Part shown: one piece after another, positions 31,295-39,862 of the stretch
Layout: every line of letters starts with the position of its first letter
How positions within the stretch are numbered: the first letter of the stretch is position 1
Assembly: GCA_016207415.1 (NCBI GenBank)
Contig: JACQPT010000093.1
Location: 1 to 59,303 of the forward strand
Direction of reading: 5' to 3'
Length of the DNA: 59,303 nt
Source of the DNA: Ignavibacteriales bacterium
GTDB taxonomy: Bacteria > Bacteroidota > Ignavibacteria > UBA10030
The notes under the pieces: model-generated
Databases searched by the model: none
What the model was told of the DNA's origin: nothing
What the model saw: the letters and a program-made list of their open reading frames with translations, nothing else
Translations under genes and position numbers: made by a program

Positions 31295-31366
31295 TGAAAT
31301 AACGATGGCTTCGTGATAAGTCAGACCCGACGAGAGAAAAAGAATCCCTGATTCAAAAGTGTCGCA

Positions 31367-32389
31367 ATGAGCAGTCCTCCAACAATAATTCGGCCGGACA
31401 GAAGCCATTTCTGGGGCGTCATCCTTGCGGGAGGTGACGGTAAGCGTGTGCAGGGGTTTCTCAGAAACGAGTTTGGGTTTGACCGGCCCAAACAATTCTG
31501 TGCACTTTCAGGGAAACGCTCGATGCTGAGACATACCATCGACCGCATATCGTCGGTGATCATGAGATCGCATGTCATAACAGTGATAGGCCGCAGGCAT
31601 TATTCTTACGCGCTGGAAGATCTATATGACGAGGAAAGAAGGAACGTGGTTCTACAACCCTTTAATTGTGAAAGGGCGCCGGGTATTCTTCTTCCCCTTG
31701 TTCGCATTCAAAGGGTCGACCCTCAAGCCATTGTGGCCATTTTTCCTGCCGACCATTTCATTCTGGAAGAGCGTCGTTTCATGGAATATGTAGATGCGGC
31801 GTGTGCGTTTGTGGCGAAAACCCTGGGATATGTCGTTACACTTGGGGTCCGGCCGGCATGCCTGCAGCCCGGTTACGGCTGGATTGAAAAAGGGGATATT
31901 GTCGCCCACGTGAAAGGCACTGACATTTTCCAAGTGAGAAGGTTCTGGGAAAAACCCTCGGGCGATGTTGCCGAGCGGGTTTTCAGGAACGGCTGCCTCT
32001 GGAATACGATGACGATGGTTGGCAGGTTGGAATTGTTTATTCGTTTGTTCAAAGAATTCACGCCGGAGATGTTCGGTTCTTTCCAGAGAATCTGGCAGTC
32101 GGTTGGCACGCCGAACGAGGAAAACGTGACCGACGAAGTGTTCAGGTCACTGCCCCGGGTGAATTTTTCGCATGCAGTTCTTGAGCGTGCAATTCAATGT
32201 CTGTGCGTTCTCACCGTGAGGGGTGTCTACTGGAGCGATTGGGGGGATGAAAACAGGATCCGCGCTGACCTTGCCCACCTGACTCATCACAAACCCCAGA
32301 CTCCGCGATGGTCCGTTCGCGTTCATGCTCTGACGAATAATGAACAAGAACCAAGCGAAACCGCAACACATGGAGTTATTAACAACTGA
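31367..32389 (+). CDS. Sugar-phosphate nucleotidyltransferase (mannose-1-phosphate guanylyltransferase-like)
   Basis: 340 aa with WGVILAGGDGKRV, PKQFC, FPADHFI, QPGYGWIE, FWEKP, LWNTMTMV and YWSDWGD. The order matches the ManC/NTP-transferase family. Confidence 0.75.
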   Translation: MSSPPTIIRPDRSHFWGVILAGGDGKRVQGFLRNEFGFDRPKQFCALSGKRSMLRHTIDRISSVIMRSHVITVIGRRHYSYALEDLYDEERRNVVLQPFNCERAPGILLPLVRIQRVDPQAIVAIFPADHFILEERRFMEYVDAACAFVAKTLGYVVTLGVRPACLQPGYGWIEKGDIVAHVKGTDIFQVRRFWEKPSGDVAERVFRNGCLWNTMTMVGRLELFIRLFKEFTPEMFGSFQRIWQSVGTPNEENVTDEVFRSLPRVNFSHAVLERAIQCLCVLTVRGVYWSDWGDENRIRADLAHLTHHKPQTPRWSVRVHALTNNEQEPSETATHGVINN

Positions 32390-32401
32390 AAGGGTCAAAA
32401 C

Positions 32402-32527
32402 ATGGTGGACGTCATCCTCTTCATGCTCGGAATTACGGCCTTTATCATTATCCTCGAGGCCATCACCTTCCTGAAAAAAAGCGACAGCGCTGAAACTGGG
32501 CACACAAGGCGAACAATGCGCACATGA
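32402..32527 (+). CDS. Candidate 41-aa single-pass membrane peptide (MVDVILFMLGITAFIIILEAITFLKKSDSAETGHTRRTMRT)
   Basis: This ORF is not in the supplied track because it is under 60 aa. It has a hydrophobic helix followed by a basic tail. Its TGA (32525-32527) overlaps ATG 32524 of the next ORF (ATGA). Confidence 0.3.
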   Translation: MVDVILFMLGITAFIIILEAITFLKKSDSAETGHTRRTMRT

Positions 32528-33414
32528 CGCGAATCGGTATGTTCTCGAAGCTCCAGTATATGGCAAGGCTCAGGCCAATGGCTGCAAAGGATAGATGCCG
32601 CAAGATGTGGAAGAAGTTGTTCCTGCTTGCGTGCATCTTCCATGTCGGTTGTTTTGAGCCCGTAACGAGTTTCTCGTTTCTTCGCAAAAAACAATTCCAG
32701 ACTGAAGTGCAGGTGGCGGCTTTTGGCTTTGAGGCCATGGCCGCGGAGAACCATGACATCGACGAGGCAGGGATACTGTATGTACCCCTGATCCAAAAAT
32801 ATTCTGAACAATACCAGTTTGATTGGGTGCTGATCATGTCCATGATTCGTCAGGAGTCGGCGTTCAGGCCGAACGCTGTCAGCAACAAGGGAGCTTATGG
32901 GTTGATGCAGATCATGCCCTCGACTCAGTCGATGCTGAGGTATCAGCTCGGCATGAATGAAACGAAGTCACCGGATAACAACATCAGAGCCGGGATTTTC
33001 CACCTGCGATCGCTTTATCATGTCTTTCGGGATTCTGAGAGAGACGACCGCATTCGGCTGGCTCTTGCCGCCTATAACGCGGGTATTGCACGCGTCCTAG
33101 ATGCGAGACAGCTCGCTGCGTACCTGGGGAACGATCCGAGCCGATGGAGCTCTGTAAGGGACGCTATGCCCTTGCTCTCCAAACAGTATTACACCCTCCA
33201 TCTGGGATTTTGGCAACAGGACCGACCGCCGAATGGATATTTCGCGGGTTGGAAAGAAACGGTCTATTACGTTGAGAGAATCATGAGGAATTACGATAAC
33301 AGCGTTGGGACGATGGCGTATACAACCACACGCGTGTTTGAAAATCCAATCCGGATGATTGAGAAAAAGGCATTGATTGCTTCGACGCGGCAGGGAGGGC
33401 AAGTCTCAGACTAG
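32524..33414 (+). CDS. Lytic transglycosylase (SLT domain), probable lipoprotein
   Basis: The SLT catalytic motif is present (IRQESAFRPNAVSNKGAYGLMQIMPST, AYNAG). A signal/lipobox-like segment (KKLFLLACIFHVGC) suggests the real start may be ATG 32605. Confidence 0.85.
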   Translation: MTRIGMFSKLQYMARLRPMAAKDRCRKMWKKLFLLACIFHVGCFEPVTSFSFLRKKQFQTEVQVAAFGFEAMAAENHDIDEAGILYVPLIQKYSEQYQFDWVLIMSMIRQESAFRPNAVSNKGAYGLMQIMPSTQSMLRYQLGMNETKSPDNNIRAGIFHLRSLYHVFRDSERDDRIRLALAAYNAGIARVLDARQLAAYLGNDPSRWSSVRDAMPLLSKQYYTLHLGFWQQDRPPNGYFAGWKETVYYVERIMRNYDNSVGTMAYTTTRVFENPIRMIEKKALIASTRQGGQVSD

Positions 33415-33443
33415 ACATTTCGCATTAAAAAACATTTCGCGTG

Positions 33444-33473
33444 GCCCCTTCACCAGCGTGAAGGGGCTTTTTT
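33444..33473 (+). terminator. Intrinsic terminator (GCCCCTTCAC cagc GTGAAGGGGC followed by TTTTTT)
   Basis: Perfect 10-bp stem, a 4-nt loop and a T6 tract, 30 nt after the SLT gene stop. Confidence 0.85.
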
Positions 33474-33502
33474 GTTGTGACTTCTTTGCCTACATTCGAC
33501 AA

Positions 33503-35350
33503 GTGAGAATCCCCGATTTCAAAATCGACGAAGTCCGTTCCTCGTCCGATATTGTCGACATTATTGCTTCACACGTTCGCCTCAAGAAAAGGGGCAAGAA
33601 TTTTATCGGCTTGTGCCCTTTTCATCAGGAAAAAACTCCTTCGTTTGCAGTGAGCGCTGAAAAACAGATGTACCACTGTTTTGGCTGCCACAAAGGTGGA
33701 AACGTGTTTACGTTTGTCATGGAGTATGAAAAAGTCTCGTTTGTTGAGGCTGTTCGATCGCTCGCCGGCAGGGCTGGCATTGTCCTCCCGACAGAAGAAA
33801 TCCCTTCAGGGCAGCAGACAGAGATCGAGGCGCTCTACAATGCTTGCAGATTCGCCGGTTTACACTTCTATAACAATCTTACAAAAACCGACGAAGGCCG
33901 GTCGGCACTTGAGTACTTCCATTCAAGGGGGTTCTCCGATGAAACTATCCGCTCGTTCGGCCTCGGCTATTCAAGTCAGTCGTGGGATAGTCTGTTAAGA
34001 AAAGGTCTGGAAGAAGGAATAAGCAAGGAACAACTGCTTAAAGCCGGGCTCGTTCGGTCTCGTGAGGATGGCACGCATTACGACTATTTTCGCGGTCGAG
34101 CGATGTTTCCTATCTTTGCGACAACGGGTCGTGTGATTGCCTTTGGCGCTCGTAAAATGAGGGACGATGACCCCCTTGGCAAATATATCAATTCTCCCGA
34201 GACTCCGATCTACAACAAAAGTCGCGTTCTGTTTGGACTCTTTCATTCCAAGGATTCGATTCGCGGGGAAGATCGGGCATATATGGTCGAAGGCTATGCG
34301 GACCTTCTTTCATTGTATCAGGCCGGCGTTCAAAACGTCGTCGCATCGAGCGGGACTGCGTTGACAGAAGACCAGCTTCTGCTTCTCGCCCGATACTCAA
34401 AGAAACTGAACCTGGTCTATGATGCAGACTCGGCAGGCTCGAGCGCGACCTTGAGGGGAGTGGACCTTGCGCTTGAGCAGGATTTCGACGTCAAAGTGAT
34501 TGATCTGCCGGAAGGAGATGACCCTGATTCGTTTGTGCGCAAGCACGGCGCAAAAGAATTCCGGAAATTGGCAGAACAGGCAGTTTCCTTCATCGACTTC
34601 AAAGCACGGCAGTTCCAGAAAACCGGCGCTTTTTTGACTCCTGAAGGAAAGTCCGATGCCGTGCGCTCGATAGTACAATCGATTGCAAAGATGAAGGATG
34701 AACTCAAACGCAACTTCTATATCAAGGAGGTCGCTGAAAAATACGAGATATACGAGTCGGTGCTGTATCGCGAATTGGACAGGTGGTTGTCGAGAGACAG
34801 ACCTCCGCGACGAGAAGGAGCCGGATCACAGCGAGTCCCGGTCTATGACGTTCCATTATCGGATGTCACGATACCAAAAGGAGGCGAAATCCCTGCGGCT
34901 GAAAGAGACCTCTTGAAGCTTCTGCTGGAAGGCCAGCCAGACATCGTTGACCTTATTTTCAAGAATCTCACGGTAGAGCAGTTTGCGGATCAGCGAGCGA
35001 AGAGATTGGCAGAGTTATTGCAGTCCCGTTGGCGGGACCTCGGCGAGATCAACGCGGTGTCTGTTTTGAACGAAACGGACGACACAGATTTAAAAGGTAT
35101 GATCACGGATATTTCTCTCAGCAAATACGAGTTGAGCAAAGGATGGGTGGACAAGGAAATTGACGAGCCCGACGCACGACAGATCGCCGCTGATGCTCTT
35201 GCTCTACTCAGGAAGCGAGCTTTGCAAAAGGCTATTGAGGAAAATCAGCGCATGCTGAAAGAAGCAGCGCAACGCGGCTCGGACAAGATGCCTTTTGTAG
35301 TGCGACATCAAGAGTTGATGCGCCAAATGAAAGAGTCGGAAAAAGCGTAA
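33503..35350 (+). CDS. dnaG: DNA primase
   Basis: The ORF-track frame (33377) runs through the terminator, so I use GTG 33503 (VRIPDFKIDEV...). The zinc finger CPFHQEKTPSF...YHCFGCHKGGN is present, together with TOPRIM (MVEGYADLL, YDADSAG). Confidence 0.92.
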   Translation: MRIPDFKIDEVRSSSDIVDIIASHVRLKKRGKNFIGLCPFHQEKTPSFAVSAEKQMYHCFGCHKGGNVFTFVMEYEKVSFVEAVRSLAGRAGIVLPTEEIPSGQQTEIEALYNACRFAGLHFYNNLTKTDEGRSALEYFHSRGFSDETIRSFGLGYSSQSWDSLLRKGLEEGISKEQLLKAGLVRSREDGTHYDYFRGRAMFPIFATTGRVIAFGARKMRDDDPLGKYINSPETPIYNKSRVLFGLFHSKDSIRGEDRAYMVEGYADLLSLYQAGVQNVVASSGTALTEDQLLLLARYSKKLNLVYDADSAGSSATLRGVDLALEQDFDVKVIDLPEGDDPDSFVRKHGAKEFRKLAEQAVSFIDFKARQFQKTGAFLTPEGKSDAVRSIVQSIAKMKDELKRNFYIKEVAEKYEIYESVLYRELDRWLSRDRPPRREGAGSQRVPVYDVPLSDVTIPKGGEIPAAERDLLKLLLEGQPDIVDLIFKNLTVEQFADQRAKRLAELLQSRWRDLGEINAVSVLNETDDTDLKGMITDISLSKYELSKGWVDKEIDEPDARQIAADALALLRKRALQKAIEENQRMLKEAAQRGSDKMPFVVRHQELMRQMKESEKA

Positions 35351-35518
35351 ATGGTTCTCCTCAAGGCGTCTTGTAGAAATTCTCAAAGGCCATATTAGCT
35401 ACGCGACGCCCGGCTTTGGCAACCTTTCGAACGTCTTGATCCAAGGAGAAAACCCTCGGAAGGCCTTTTCCCCTCACATTGCTTTTCTAGCCTTCTCTCT
35501 CTACCTTAGCTCAACACC

Positions 35519-35770
35519 ATGCCTCGTACCACCCCCCTTATGATCCACATTGTCCCCGGCAAATGCGACTTCTGCGGTTGCTGCGTAGGCGTGTGCCCGG
35601 AAGATGCCATTGAGCTGATGGAATCGAGGATCGCCATCATTGACGAACGTTGCACAAATTGCAAGAAATGCGTCTGGGCGTGTCCCTGGGAGGTTATTGA
35701 GTTCCATCGGGATGGCGTGGCAAGTCTGCCCAACGAACAGCCGTTATTCTTGAACTCCATGGACGCATGA
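35519..35770 (+). CDS. Small 2x[4Fe-4S] ferredoxin-like protein
   Basis: 83 aa with two CxxCxxCxxxCP motifs (CDFCGCCVGVCP and CTNCKKCVWACP). The stop overlaps the next ATG (ATGA). Confidence 0.8.
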   Translation: MPRTTPLMIHIVPGKCDFCGCCVGVCPEDAIELMESRIAIIDERCTNCKKCVWACPWEVIEFHRDGVASLPNEQPLFLNSMDA

Positions 35771-36936
35771 AGGAGGCTTACGATATCGTTGTCGTGGGCG
35801 CCGGCCCGGCAGGGTCGAACTCAGCGAGATATGCCGCTTCTGCGGGAGTATCTGTCTTGATGCTGGAGAAAGACCGCGATGTTGGATATCCGGTAAGGTG
35901 TGGTGAGGCTGTGAGTCATGAAGGGCTTATTCAGTTTATTGAGCCCGATTCGAAATTCATCGGTTCCACGATCACCAAATTTCGCCTTGTGTCGCCCGAC
36001 GGGAAATCAGTCGTTCCGAGGCTTGACGGCAAAGGGTATGTGCTTGAACGGAGGATTTTCGACTATGAGCTCGCCAAGATTGCCGCGAAGGAGGGGGCAG
36101 AGGTTGTCACGAAGGCCTATGCGTATGACCTTCTCAGGAATGAAAAAGGCGAGGCAGTGGGCGTCAGGGCTCTAATCAAGGATCAGGAGACAGAAATCCG
36201 CTCCAAAGTTGTCATCGCCGCCGACGGCGTGGAAAGTCGCGTCGGCAAGTGGGCGGGGATAGATACAACATGCCATATCAAAGATATGGAAAGCTGCGCC
36301 CAAGTGACACTGTCGGGCATTGAAGTGGAAGACGACACGCTGGATTTCTATTTTGGTGACAACGTGGCCCCGGGCGGGTATTTATGGGTCTTTCCCAAAG
36401 GCAAGGATACGGCAAACGTCGGCCTGGGCATTAGCGTGGAGGCCGCCAAAAAAAAATCGGCGATCAAGTTTCTCGAGAAGTTTGTCGAAAAGAAATTTCC
36501 GAACGCTGCTGTGCTCACGCGTATTGCGGGTGGCGTTCCGTGCGCGAAGACTTCTGCCACGGTTGTCAAGAATAACGTGATGCTCGTTGGCGATGCGGCG
36601 CGTCAGGTAAACCCGACGTCGGGAGCCGGCATTATCAGTGGCATGATCGGTGGAATGATCGCGGGACAGGTGGCCGCCGAGGCGGTGAAGATGAACAAGC
36701 TTTCTCACCTGACAGAATACGAGAAGCGCTGGCACAAACGCCTGGGCTGGAGGCACGAAGTGTTTTACAAGATCAGAGAGGCGGTCAACAGTTTTTCCGA
36801 CGATACGTTTAACAGCATCGCCGAAAGCGCGCAGAAACTTCCCGAGAATAAACGAACGCTTGGCGGAATCTTTCGCGCCGCCCTGTGGAATCGACCTTCC
36901 ATGCTCCTGGAAGTAGCCAGAGTATTCGTTTCGTAG
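35767..36936 (+). CDS. FAD-dependent geranylgeranyl reductase family protein (archaeal GGR-like)
   Basis: 389 aa with YDIVVVGAGPAGS, the PVRCGEAV motif, VIAADG and LVGDAARQVNP. The length and motif order match digeranylgeranylglycerophospholipid reductases. Confidence 0.82.
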   Translation: MKEAYDIVVVGAGPAGSNSARYAASAGVSVLMLEKDRDVGYPVRCGEAVSHEGLIQFIEPDSKFIGSTITKFRLVSPDGKSVVPRLDGKGYVLERRIFDYELAKIAAKEGAEVVTKAYAYDLLRNEKGEAVGVRALIKDQETEIRSKVVIAADGVESRVGKWAGIDTTCHIKDMESCAQVTLSGIEVEDDTLDFYFGDNVAPGGYLWVFPKGKDTANVGLGISVEAAKKKSAIKFLEKFVEKKFPNAAVLTRIAGGVPCAKTSATVVKNNVMLVGDAARQVNPTSGAGIISGMIGGMIAGQVAAEAVKMNKLSHLTEYEKRWHKRLGWRHEVFYKIREAVNSFSDDTFNSIAESAQKLPENKRTLGGIFRAALWNRPSMLLEVARVFVS

Positions 36937-36994
36937 TCCCTTCACACGCAGTTACCTTGCAAGTCAGGCCTTCAACGAGTATATTTCTGGCCGA

Positions 36995-38068
36995 TTGATT
37001 CATACCAGGAGTGCAAGAACGGATCAGTTTCAAAATATTCTTATCGTTCGCACAGATCGCATCGGCGACGTCCTCTTCTCCCTGCCGATGGTTCCGTTGC
37101 TGCAATCCGCATTCCCCCGAGCAAGCGTTTCCATGCTCCTGCGAACCTACACAAAGGATCTCGCTGCGGGATACGACGGCCTTTCGGAAATCCTTACCTA
37201 CGACCACGAAGGGAATCCAAAATCATTCCTGGAGGTGCTGCGTGAATTGAAGAGAGGGGATTATGACCTTGCCATCGTGGCGTTCCCGAGGTTTCGAATC
37301 GCTCTTTTGCTCCTTCTTGCCGGCATATCCGTTCGTGTGGGTACAGGGTTCCGTTGGTATTCGTTTCTCTTTAACAGGAGAGTATACGAACACCGGAAAA
37401 CAGGTGAGCGGCATGAAAGTGAATACAACTTGGGACTCCTGAGAGCCGTCGGGGTTCAAAGCCGGCTTCCCATGAGGCCGCTGCTCAAAGTTTCTGAGGA
37501 AGATCAGCTTGCCGCCCTGGCAGTGATGCATGAAATCGGCATCCAGCGAGGAGAACCGTGGGCTATACTCCATCCGGGAAGCGGTGGTTCCGCGAGAGAC
37601 TGGAAGGCCGAAAACTTCGGCCGCTTGGCCAATGTTCTTTCTCAGGAAGGATACAAGGTTGTAGTTACAGGCGGGCCTGGAGAAAGTGAAATCGTCCGCC
37701 GGACGGTGCAATCTTCTGAAAACAAGGGAATCGCAGTCGTGGGACGCCTTCGCCTTAAAGAGCTTGCCGCCTTCATCAGTCGGGCAGACTTTCTTGTTGC
37801 CAATTCCACGGGGCCGCTTCATATTGCTGCGGCAGTCGGTACGCCCGTGATTGCTTTCTATCCGGACATTCCCGCCTGCAGTGAAAAACGATGGGGGCCT
37901 CTGACCGAACGAAAAAAAGTGTTTGTCCCCGAAAGGTCGAAATGTTCTTTGTGTCAGGGCCGGGAATGCCGCTCGAATGTTTGTATGGATCAAATAGAAG
38001 TCAGCAACGTGATGCAAGGAATCCATGACCTGGTGGGAACGCTAAAAGAAACCGCCGTCGAGACATGA
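36995..38068 (+). CDS. Glycosyltransferase family 9 (LPS heptosyltransferase-like)
   Basis: 357 aa with ILIVRTDRIGDVLFSLP, HPGSGGSARDW and NSTGPLHIAAAVGTP. TTG start. Confidence 0.85.
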   Translation: MIHTRSARTDQFQNILIVRTDRIGDVLFSLPMVPLLQSAFPRASVSMLLRTYTKDLAAGYDGLSEILTYDHEGNPKSFLEVLRELKRGDYDLAIVAFPRFRIALLLLLAGISVRVGTGFRWYSFLFNRRVYEHRKTGERHESEYNLGLLRAVGVQSRLPMRPLLKVSEEDQLAALAVMHEIGIQRGEPWAILHPGSGGSARDWKAENFGRLANVLSQEGYKVVVTGGPGESEIVRRTVQSSENKGIAVVGRLRLKELAAFISRADFLVANSTGPLHIAAAVGTPVIAFYPDIPACSEKRWGPLTERKKVFVPERSKCSLCQGRECRSNVCMDQIEVSNVMQGIHDLVGTLKETAVET

Positions 38069-38901
38069 AGAGACGCCTGACATACTCTCTTATGCTCGTG
38101 ATCATGAGTGTGAACATGAAAGCTCAGGATACCCTCTCCGCTCGCGGGTTGAAATCGGCCATCTCCGGCGACATCGTTCCCATGGATACCCTTCGAGTCA
38201 TCTCGCAATCAGCGTTTGCGGTGGGGGAAAGGCTCGTGTTCGACGTCGGATACAGCTTCATAACGGCTGGCGAGGCGGTCTTTGCCATTCCGAAGATCGA
38301 TACGGTCAACGGTCGGGAATGCTACCAGGTTCTCTTTACGGTAAACTCAACGCCCTCGTTTTCGTGGATTTACAAAGTCGAAGACCGATATGAAACAATG
38401 CTGGACACAAAGGGATTATTTCCCTGGCGGTTCACCCAGCGGATACGCGAGGGAAAATACAGCCGCGACTTCAATGCAGAGTTCGACCACGTCAAACTGG
38501 TTGCGAGAACTTCAGAAGGTGAACATCCCATCCCCCCCTATGTTCACGATATTGTCTCAGCATTCTACTATGCACGAGCGCTTGACTTTTCCCAGTCCCG
38601 TCCGGGGGATAAAATTTACCTTCAAAATTTCTACAAGGACTCAACCTACCAGCTGGCGATCAAATTCCTCGGCCATCAACAGGTGAACGTCGGTGCCGGC
38701 ACGTTCAACTGCATTATTGTGGAGCCGCTGATTAAAGAAGGCGGTCTTTTCAAGAGTGAAGGCCGGGTGCTGATTTGGATGACGAACGACGAGCTCAAGA
38801 TTCCTGTGAAGGTCAGTACGAAGGTTGTCGTGGGTTCCATCGATGCGGAGCTTCGCGAGTACTACGGCTTGGCCGGTCCCCTGAGAGCGCGAGTGAAATA
38901 A
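38065..38901 (+). CDS. Secreted DUF3108-like protein
   Basis: 278 aa with a signal peptide. The repeated beta-rich pattern and GLFPWRF..R.REGKY resemble DUF3108. ATGA overlap with the GT9 gene. Confidence 0.5.
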   Translation: MKRRLTYSLMLVIMSVNMKAQDTLSARGLKSAISGDIVPMDTLRVISQSAFAVGERLVFDVGYSFITAGEAVFAIPKIDTVNGRECYQVLFTVNSTPSFSWIYKVEDRYETMLDTKGLFPWRFTQRIREGKYSRDFNAEFDHVKLVARTSEGEHPIPPYVHDIVSAFYYARALDFSQSRPGDKIYLQNFYKDSTYQLAIKFLGHQQVNVGAGTFNCIIVEPLIKEGGLFKSEGRVLIWMTNDELKIPVKVSTKVVVGSIDAELREYYGLAGPLRARVK

Positions 38902-39855
38902 ATGTCCAGATTCAGGCAGCTTGAACTGTCCCGCATCCGCACCGTTTCAATCAAATCCCGAAAAAGCAAAGTTACGCCTGGGGCATTCGCAAAAGTTGTG
39001 AATGCCAGGAGCGCGGACCTGAAGGATTTTGTCGAATCGCTCCCCCGAATCCTTGCAGCGGAAGAATTGCGCGAAGTGGTCGATGATATCGCTGGCGCAC
39101 GCAGGCGTATGAAACCGGTCATTCTCATGCTGGGCGCACACGTGATCAAAGTCGGCCTGTCTCCCATCGTCATTGACCTCGTGAAGCGTGGTGTCGTCAC
39201 GCACGTGGCGATGAACAGCGCCGCAGCAATCCACGACGTCGAAACTGCCATGTGGGGGAAAACGTCGGAGGATGTTGCCGTGAACATTGTCGACGGGAAA
39301 TTTGGGATGTCGAAGGAAACGGGTGATTTCATCAACAAGGCGCTCGTGAAAGGGTTCTCAGAGTCTTCAGACGGCTACGGTGAGGCACTCGCAAAGAAAC
39401 TCATCGCACTCAGGGCAAAAAACCGAAACGTCAGCATTCTCGTAAGCTGTTTTGATCGGAAGGTGCCGGTAACGGTCCACGCAGCGATCGGGACAGATAT
39501 CGTCCATCAACAGGCGACGATGGACGGCGCGGCCACGGGCGAAATGAGCTTTCGCGATTTTAAGGTCATGGCGCACAGTGTCAAAGATCTGAGGGGAGGA
39601 GGAGTTGTGCTCAACATCGGTTCAGCGGTCATCCTGCCCGAAGTATTTCTGAAGGCTCTCACAGTTGCCCGCAACCTCGGATACAAAGCGCAGGGCTTCA
39701 CCACGGCGAATTTTGATATGATCCGTCACTACCGTCCTCAGGTCAATGTGGTTGAACGTCCGACGCGAAACCAAGGTCGGGGTTACCATTTCACCGGCCA
39801 CCACGAAATCATGGTGCCACTCCTGGCGGCAATGATCAAGCTAAAGCTGTCTTGA
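38902..39855 (+). CDS. Deoxyhypusine-synthase-like (DS family fold) protein of unknown function
   Basis: 317 aa. The segments MLGAHVIKVGLSPIVIDLVKRGVVTHVAMNSAAAIHD, PVTVHAAIGTDIVH and VVLNIGSAVILPEVF line up in order with the eukaryotic DHS blocks as I remember them. The similarity is weak. Confidence 0.4.
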   Translation: MSRFRQLELSRIRTVSIKSRKSKVTPGAFAKVVNARSADLKDFVESLPRILAAEELREVVDDIAGARRRMKPVILMLGAHVIKVGLSPIVIDLVKRGVVTHVAMNSAAAIHDVETAMWGKTSEDVAVNIVDGKFGMSKETGDFINKALVKGFSESSDGYGEALAKKLIALRAKNRNVSILVSCFDRKVPVTVHAAIGTDIVHQQATMDGAATGEMSFRDFKVMAHSVKDLRGGGVVLNIGSAVILPEVFLKALTVARNLGYKAQGFTTANFDMIRHYRPQVNVVERPTRNQGRGYHFTGHHEIMVPLLAAMIKLKLS

Positions 39856-39862
39856 CCCGCCG

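Noticed and set aside
31202-31495. A 97-aa minus-strand ORF in the groEL-nucleotidyltransferase gap.
   Set aside because: Its 5' third overlaps the + strand nucleotidyltransferase start. It has no motifs and no ribosome-binding site, and the terminator-like hairpin in the gap has + polarity.
33377-33502. The N-terminal extension of the dnaG ORF given in the ORF track (start at 33377).
   Set aside because: The extension overlaps the SLT gene end and reads through a strong intrinsic terminator (33444-33473). The conserved primase N-terminus begins at GTG 33503.
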